Source: a virus
Lineage: Duplodnaviria > Caudoviricetes
Virus record (IMG/VR): IMGVR_UViG_3300043173_000170
Coordinates: 1 to 41,069 of that record
DNA length: 41,069 nt
Direction: 5' to 3' (one strand)
The notes below the pieces were generated by a model that saw only the letters and a program-made list of their open reading frames with translations, was not told the origin of the DNA and searched no databases. Below are positions 36,078-41,069 of this stretch, one piece after another; the first letter of the stretch is position 1, and each line of letters begins with the position of its first letter. Position numbers and translations under genes: made by a program.

Positions 36078-36106
36078 GTTTAATTAACACAAGAGAGGGT
36101 TTAGAG

Positions 36107-36202
36107 ATGAAGTATTTATTACCAATTGCAGTAAGCGCAGTAGTTCTATTTTGGAGTACAGTTATTTATGTTATCTGCCATTTCGTTTTCAAGTTTTGGT
36201 GA
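36107..36202 (+). CDS. 31-aa membrane peptide, first early gene
   Basis: AGAGGG RBS; MKYLLPIAVSAVVLFW... Confidence 0.6.
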   Translation: MKYLLPIAVSAVVLFWSTVIYVICHFVFKFW

Positions 36203-36207
36203 GCGAA

Positions 36208-36474
36208 ATGAACGATAACATAAATCATGAGCGTGAAATAGAACGTGACCGCGAAGGTGACTCTGAGGGATGGGAGTCTTTCCATGACCAACGTATTAAG
36301 GAGCTGCTCAATGACATAACAGAACTCAGTGATTTTGACTATAAAGATATTGGTGAAATAGTTGTTGATCAATGGATGGTAAAAGGGAATTATATTGATG
36401 TTGTTAGCCCGCTAAAGGAATACTTTGAAGAATTAGCAGAAAAACAGGTTTTAAAAGAGTGGAGTGAGAAATGA
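36208..36474 (+). CDS. Acidic hypothetical protein
   Basis: Likely start MNDNINHERE. Confidence 0.6.
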   Translation: MNDNINHEREIERDREGDSEGWESFHDQRIKELLNDITELSDFDYKDIGEIVVDQWMVKGNYIDVVSPLKEYFEELAEKQVLKEWSEK

Positions 36475-36770
36475 ATAAAGAAACAGCTAAGTTATACCTA
36501 CCGATGGTAAAGGCTTTTTCAGAAGGTGAGATTATACAGCGTCTTAATAACGACGAATGGCTTGATGTTTTAACCCCAACTTTTAATTCTTTGGACGTTG
36601 AAAACTATCGTATAAAGCCTAAACAAATGGAATTCTACGCTATAGCCAATGATGATAAGACGGAGATGTTGTCTGGTGTTTATAAGACAGAAAAAGAAGC
36701 CAATGATTATATAAATGATAATGGTTTTAAGAGCTACAAAAATATAGTTCACTTGCGAGAAATAGAGTGA
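36471..36770 (+). CDS. Hypothetical protein
   Basis: AFSEG..IQ...W...P.F....YRIKP motif recalled from phage early proteins. Confidence 0.75.
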   Translation: MNKETAKLYLPMVKAFSEGEIIQRLNNDEWLDVLTPTFNSLDVENYRIKPKQMEFYAIANDDKTEMLSGVYKTEKEANDYINDNGFKSYKNIVHLREIE

Positions 36771-37330
36771 ACATTGTATCAATCAATCTGCACCTATCCA
36801 CCAGTGCTGACAGGCTACGTGATGAAATACATTCACTCATGGTGGCTCGTAAGTCGCCGATCATAACTGTTGAGGATAAAAATAACATGGATGCTGTAAT
36901 AGATATTCTCGATGATTTACTTGAGAAGTGTATTAGCGCAGAAAGCAGGAGGGGGGAAACAATGAATGAACTAGAATTACAAGACTACCGTCTTAGAATG
37001 GAAAAATGCGCTGAGATGCTTGTTGAGTCGGGATATGCAGTTAACACTAAATTTGTTCCTATTGAGAAATCACCGGATAAAATAGCAAGATGGGTGCTAA
37101 TAACAAAAACCGGAATACATCGTGTTGAACTGTTTTTAGACACGCTCGAAGGCAGGCGACAAGCTGATGCTATTGAGAATTGGCTAGTTAAGTTAAACAA
37201 AGAAGAAACTAACTGGAATGGACTAACTTTATGGGGAGCTTCAAGAGTAAAAACAAATAATAGACCACTAAAGATGCACCAATGGCGTTTAGACAGAATC
37301 AAATGGTGTGTTCAGGAGCTAATTAAATGA
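36767..37330 (+). CDS. Hypothetical protein (possible internal start at 36962)
   Basis: Strong GGAGG before the in-frame ATG at 36962. Confidence 0.6.
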   Translation: MNIVSINLHLSTSADRLRDEIHSLMVARKSPIITVEDKNNMDAVIDILDDLLEKCISAESRRGETMNELELQDYRLRMEKCAEMLVESGYAVNTKFVPIEKSPDKIARWVLITKTGIHRVELFLDTLEGRRQADAIENWLVKLNKEETNWNGLTLWGASRVKTNNRPLKMHQWRLDRIKWCVQELIK

Positions 37331-37619
37331 ATAATCTTTACATTGTATTGCTGTGCTGGCTATCAGCGATTGTAGGCTTTATAAGCGGAGCCGCTTGGTG
37401 CGGGCTGTTTAGAAAAGACGAATCAGTATTAACATCGGAAAGGCTAGAAGAGGATGAATGGCAATGAATAAATTACGGTTTAAATTAGTATGGAAAATAC
37501 TAGCGCTTATGTTTGCATTTACAAGTGGTTATTACATCATATTTGATGATGATTTCATAAAGGCAACTTACTTTCTTGGTATTGTTATATTGCTGTCTTT
37601 AGCGGGGGATAAGAAATGA
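37327..37619 (+). CDS. Two coupled small membrane proteins (about 46 and 51 aa)
   Basis: MNNLYIVLLCWLSAIVGF... and MNKLRFKLVWKILALMF...; ATGA overlaps. Confidence 0.5.
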
Positions 37620-37831
37620 TTAACGAAATTAAGACACAAAGCATATTCGATTCCCACTGGAAACGATCAAACCGCAAGGATATAAAATACAGCCAGGAGG
37701 TTCAGGATAAGTTTAATAAAGAAATGATTAAGGCTCAGATTAAGTCGATCAATTTCTATTATGACGGAATGAATGCTGTTGTTAAGAAAAGAGCAGATAA
37801 ATATTTGGCTATTTTGGAGGAAAGATTATGA
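37616..37831 (+). CDS. Hypothetical protein
   Basis: Coupled ORF with RBS. Confidence 0.6.
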   Translation: MINEIKTQSIFDSHWKRSNRKDIKYSQEVQDKFNKEMIKAQIKSINFYYDGMNAVVKKRADKYLAILEERL

Positions 37832-38097
37832 AGATGATTGACGCGATGAAGATCATAGATGGTGAGCCTACAGGTTTTATGGTTTCTTTTGAACGCAGGA
37901 TAGGCAATCTGCTATGTGGAGATCATTTTCCAGACCTTCGCGGAGGCGAAGCATTGATTAAAACAGAAAATGAGGCATGGGAGCTTGCTTCTAAGTTTGC
38001 AAAGAAGACTATTGGTAGTGTCGTTAATTTGTATGTAATTAAAAGTGATTTCACGGCAGTTGAAGGATACAGAGATAAATATATTAAGAATCGGTAG
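37828..38097 (+). CDS. Hypothetical protein
   Basis: GGAGG RBS. Confidence 0.7.
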   Translation: MKMIDAMKIIDGEPTGFMVSFERRIGNLLCGDHFPDLRGGEALIKTENEAWELASKFAKKTIGSVVNLYVIKSDFTAVEGYRDKYIKNR

Positions 38098-38116
38098 CAA
38101 TAATGAGGCTTAAACG

Positions 38117-38518
38117 ATGATATATACATGCGCTAAATGTGGGGGGGTAGCTGATGATGATATTGACGTTGGTACAGAAACTCCTGAAGGCTTCATTTGT
38201 GAGGGCTGTGCAGCAGAGGCTGAAGAAATGAAAGATAAATTCAATAAATATTGCGCTGATGTTATGGGCTTGGAAGTCAGGCATACTGATGAAGATGGTG
38301 AGTTATGGGTATGGTTTGATGGGCAGCAGACATTTAGCCATGCCTACAACCCATACGATGATCTTAATAAGATGGCCGAGGTTGTAGAGAAGTTAGCGGG
38401 TGACGGAAATATAGGGCACGCATTTATTGATATGCTATTTAATGACAAATATGAAATAAATAATATCAAACAAGCCTTTCGTGATTTTATTTTATCAACT
38501 ATGGAGGAAGAGAAATGA
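38117..38518 (+). CDS. Hypothetical protein, N-terminal CxxC pair, NinX/ABA-sandwich-like C-terminal part
   Basis: CAKC/CEGC; CADVMG...YNPYDD pattern. Confidence 0.55.
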   Translation: MIYTCAKCGGVADDDIDVGTETPEGFICEGCAAEAEEMKDKFNKYCADVMGLEVRHTDEDGELWVWFDGQQTFSHAYNPYDDLNKMAEVVEKLAGDGNIGHAFIDMLFNDKYEINNIKQAFRDFILSTMEEEK

Positions 38519-38811
38519 AAGATATTAACGAATTTTATGCTGAGAAGTGCCGTGTAGAACTATGGACTAACCTATATGGATTTAGTGGTTATAACCATGA
38601 TGGGGGAAATAAAGGACACCCGTGGGCAATCCAAGACCCTCGATGCCGCGAAATCATTAGAGAGAAGTTTAATGTCCAGACTCAGTTATTGTCTGGTGAA
38701 TGGTGTGGGGTAGCTGCCGGACTTCCTACAATAATTGAATTTGGAAAAACTATAGCCGAGGCTGAAATAGTATGTCTCGAAGCAATTTATAAAGCAGAGG
38801 TAGAGGAATGA
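38515..38811 (+). CDS. NinX/ABA-sandwich-like hypothetical protein
   Basis: IIREKFNV...GKTIAEAEIVCLEA pattern. Confidence 0.55.
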   Translation: MKDINEFYAEKCRVELWTNLYGFSGYNHDGGNKGHPWAIQDPRCREIIREKFNVQTQLLSGEWCGVAAGLPTIIEFGKTIAEAEIVCLEAIYKAEVEE

Positions 38812-38926
38812 TTCAAGCAATTAAATGCTTTTTCAATCTTCATAAATTTACTTGTTGGAGACACTACATACAAACACAAAGCATCTATTACAGAAAATGT
38901 AAGTATTGTAATCATACAGAATATAA

Positions 38927-39124
38927 ATGGATGAGTATGGAGGAAAGAAAGTGAGCAGAATACAAAATTACTTGTTAGAACAGCAAGAAGCAGGAAAAGA
39001 GCCTCTAACAGAAGCACAGGAAGCCCGGGACGTAGTTAAGGATATGCCGGACGAAGAGAAGATGCAGAAAGAAGACCCAGGATACATAGAGTTTCTTAAA
39101 GACTTGAACTCTTGTCCTTATTGA
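38927..39124 (+). CDS. Acidic hypothetical protein (likely GTG start at 38951)
   Basis: GGAGG RBS before GTG 38951. Confidence 0.55.
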   Translation: MDEYGGKKVSRIQNYLLEQQEAGKEPLTEAQEARDVVKDMPDEEKMQKEDPGYIEFLKDLNSCPY

Positions 39125-39180
39125 ATAGGCAACGAGATAGCCTTAATATCTCATAAATAAACGAAACATAGGTAAACGAA

Positions 39181-39783
39181 ATGTCAATTATTGCAAAAAA
39201 CAAAGGCGGCGACTTCAAACAACTCCCGCCTGCAACTTACTCAGCAAGATGTTATCAGATTGTTGATTTAGGCCATCAAAAAAACGAACACGAAGGAAAA
39301 ATAACCGTTAAACATCAGGTTTTGGTTTCATGGGAAATTCCTACAGAACTACTAGATGATGGGGAGCCAATGTCTATTGGTAAGTTCTATACTCTTTCTC
39401 TTCACCCTAAGTCAAATCTGGGGCAGGACTTAGTGTCATGGCGTGGCAAAGCCTTCACGACTGAAGAAGAAGCTGGCTTTGATGTATCAAATCTAGCAGG
39501 CGTACCATGTATGCTATCAGTTATAGATAAGAATGGTAAAAGTCGCGTCAGCAGCGTCTCAGGGCTTCCTAAAGGCATGACTGTGCCAGATCAGATAAAT
39601 GATTCACTTGTATTCTCAATGGAAGATTATTCTAAAGGTGATACGTCTATTTTTGACAAACTATCAGAAGGAATCCAAGCTATTGTTTTGAAGTCTGAAG
39701 ACCTAAAGAAACAGGAACAGCCGGTGCAATCGGAAAATCCAGCAGAAGGACTTGATGGCTTAGACCCGGATATTCCCTTTTAA
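39181..39783 (+). CDS. Phage single-stranded DNA-binding-like protein
   Basis: PPATYSARCYQIVDLG, YTLSLHPKSNL..L.SWRG, acidic tail ending DIPF. Confidence 0.75.
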   Translation: MSIIAKNKGGDFKQLPPATYSARCYQIVDLGHQKNEHEGKITVKHQVLVSWEIPTELLDDGEPMSIGKFYTLSLHPKSNLGQDLVSWRGKAFTTEEEAGFDVSNLAGVPCMLSVIDKNGKSRVSSVSGLPKGMTVPDQINDSLVFSMEDYSKGDTSIFDKLSEGIQAIVLKSEDLKKQEQPVQSENPAEGLDGLDPDIPF

Positions 39784-40088
39784 TGGCTATTGTTGCAACA
39801 AGTAAAAATACGCATGAGAAGGAACTCGTGCTACTTAACCAACGTCTTAGGCACACTCAGAGGCTTTGTAAGGCTATATATCTCTACAGCGACTACATGT
39901 CAGAGATTAAGCAGTTTATCGCCGATGAGGACTTACAGAGCGCGTCAGGGTATTGGAATGACTTAGATTATGATATTCAGAAGCTATTAATCACTGCACC
40001 TCTATATGGCGGGATATTTACCACAAAAGAACGTGCAATTGTTAAAAGTCTTTGGAAAATTAGTGTTTCCGATATAGAAGATGGCTAA
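39783..40088 (+). CDS. Hypothetical protein
   Basis: AP..GGIFTTKER motif; TAATG overlap. Confidence 0.65.
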   Translation: MAIVATSKNTHEKELVLLNQRLRHTQRLCKAIYLYSDYMSEIKQFIADEDLQSASGYWNDLDYDIQKLLITAPLYGGIFTTKERAIVKSLWKISVSDIEDG

Positions 40089-40089
40089 A

Positions 40090-40128
40090 TGATATAATCG
40101 GGTTACAGGGTACTTGAATACCCTGCCC
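40090..40128 (+). promoter_or_regulatory. Extended -10 promoter plus leader hairpin before HNH gene
   Basis: TGaTATAAT 40090..40098; CAGGGTA-CTTGAA-TACCCTG 40106..40125. Confidence 0.5.
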
Positions 40129-40155
40129 CTATCGTCAACTTACTGGAATAAGCTA

Positions 40156-40593
40156 ATGACTTCAAAACATTGTATCAAATGTGAATTAGAAAAGCCCTTT
40201 TATTGTTTTAATAAAAACAAATCAAAAAAAACTGGCTATCAAGATTGGTGCAGGGTCTGTACGAAAGCATATCACCAAACGCAACATTCAAAAGATGTAA
40301 GAAAATCTTATACTGATAATTATCAATCAGGTACCAAATGGAAAAATAGCAAGAAAAAGGCTAGTGCAAAATGGGATTTTTTAAATAGAGAAAAGAAATA
40401 CGCCCACGGAAGAATAAGTAGTGGATTAAGAAACAAATCAATTAAAAAGCCTATTATATGCGAAGGGTGTAAAGAAAATCACAAACTAAACGGTCACCAC
40501 GAAGATTATTCAAAGCCATTAGATGTTGTTTGGCTGTGTGATGATTGCCATCGGTTTATACATGTACTGATAAATATAGAGGAAAACAAATGA
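40156..40593 (+). CDS. HNH-type endonuclease
   Basis: CIKC..EKP...F......G....CRVC zinc finger; CEGC...HHEDYSKPLDVVWLCDDCH. Confidence 0.85.
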   Translation: MTSKHCIKCELEKPFYCFNKNKSKKTGYQDWCRVCTKAYHQTQHSKDVRKSYTDNYQSGTKWKNSKKKASAKWDFLNREKKYAHGRISSGLRNKSIKKPIICEGCKENHKLNGHHEDYSKPLDVVWLCDDCHRFIHVLINIEENK

Positions 40594-40782
40594 AATACGA
40601 CATGCTAGGCGAGAGGGCGGTAAGTAGAGAAAATCCAAAAGATGCTATTGATCTACCGGCCTCAGAGAGGGTATCAACTAAGAACGGGACATCAAATTGG
40701 TCTACATTAACCCAAGCAGATAAAGCTCAATTAGACCGTATCGAGGCTAAACTAGATAAGCTAATAGAGGAAAACAAATGAA
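40576..40782. repeat. 19-bp direct repeats (40576..40594, 40764..40782) flanking one gene
   Basis: ATAGAGGAAAACAAATGAA occurs exactly twice. Confidence 0.9.
40590..40781 (+). CDS. Hypothetical protein (63 aa)
   Basis: GAGG RBS; C-terminal QLDRIEAKLDKL heptad. Confidence 0.7.
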   Translation: MKYDMLGERAVSRENPKDAIDLPASERVSTKNGTSNWSTLTQADKAQLDRIEAKLDKLIEENK

Positions 40783-40897
40783 GCTACTATTGTTCATTAT
40801 TTTTATGCTGTTATCTTATCAGGCTGTCGAGGTATTAGCTTGTGAGATTGTCCAGGAGCCTGTTGATGAATTACCGATTATTAGAGGTGTGAAATGA
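40778..40897 (+). CDS. 39-aa peptide with signal-like N-terminus
   Basis: MKLLLFIIFMLLSYQAVEVLAC...; GAGG RBS; ATGA overlaps. Confidence 0.55.
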   Translation: MKLLLFIIFMLLSYQAVEVLACEIVQEPVDELPIIRGVK

Positions 40898-41069
40898 GTG
40901 AAGGAATAACATGTTACAGATGTGGATACTGTGGAAACATAACAGACTCAAAAGGCTATGTATTAAGCATTGAGGATGCTGAGGAATTATTAAAATTAGA
41001 TGTTGATATAGATAAAGCGGAGATGACGCATGGTGAGTGCTGCGTTAATGAGCAAGAATCAAATATGGT
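40894..41069 (+). CDS. Hypothetical protein spanning the circular junction (stop at 192..194), CxxCxxC near N-terminus
   Basis: Hand translation MSEGITCYRCGYCGNITDSKGY...KGQWYE*; GAGG RBS; ATGA overlap with the upstream ORF. Confidence 0.8.
   Translation, partial: MSEGITCYRCGYCGNITDSKGYVLSIEDAEELLKLDVDIDKAEMTHGECCVNEQESNM
40943..41069. repeat. Terminal overlap, second copy
   Basis: Exact 127-bp match to 1..127. Confidence 0.97.

Noticed and set aside
35915-36106. Long N-terminal extension of ORF 35915..36202
   Set aside because: It runs antisense to the Arc-like gene and across the promoters. The real start is probably 36107.
36767-38518. In-frame fusions with internal RBS (36962, about 38228) as programmed two-product genes
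   Set aside because: Equally explained by chance in-frame joining of small early ORFs. No further support.
40778-40897. Arbitrium-like secreted signalling peptide
   Set aside because: No TPR/RRNPP receptor or lysogeny genes are present, and the host looks Gram-negative.
1-41069. CRISPR array, tRNA, DGR/retron, integrase/att, recoded stop codons
   Set aside because: No regularly spaced repeats, cloverleaf, RT or recombinase motifs were seen by eye, and genes are intact in the standard code. tRNAscan and HMM searches would confirm.

Overview
The window is an apparently complete, circularly assembled genome (40,942 bp unique plus a 127-bp end overlap) of an AT-rich, P22-like short-tailed phage, probably infecting a Proteobacterium. 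The minus strand carries a long late module: lysis cassette (428-2011), several receptor-binding/fibre genes, three ejection proteins, tail hub and adaptor, a glycosyltransferase, P22-type coat and scaffold, a methyltransferase, portal and TerL. TerS is displaced about 3.9 kb from TerL. A middle region follows (nin-like nucleases, PAPS-reductase-like protein, replication initiator with internal iterons), then a divergent promoter switch at about 36035-36077 with an unannotated Arc-like repressor, and a plus-strand early operon of small ORFs, an SSB-like protein and an HNH protein. I saw no integrase, CI-like repressor, polymerase, helicase, tRNA, CRISPR array or reverse transcriptase. Most interesting observations: (1) a Tat-signal-like protein between terL and portal ending in a copy of the coat N-terminal arm; (2) two self-contained cassettes with FNR/ANR-type boxes at about -41.5 and -50.5, suggesting oxygen-dependent control; (3) a late hairpin RNA whose loop is complementary to early-gene ribosome-binding sites; (4) a structured leader that can occlude the initiator RBS; (5) a minimal YadA-anchor protein where spanins would be expected; (6) glycosyl- and methyltransferase genes inside the head module. 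All family calls come from motif recognition by eye, not database searches.
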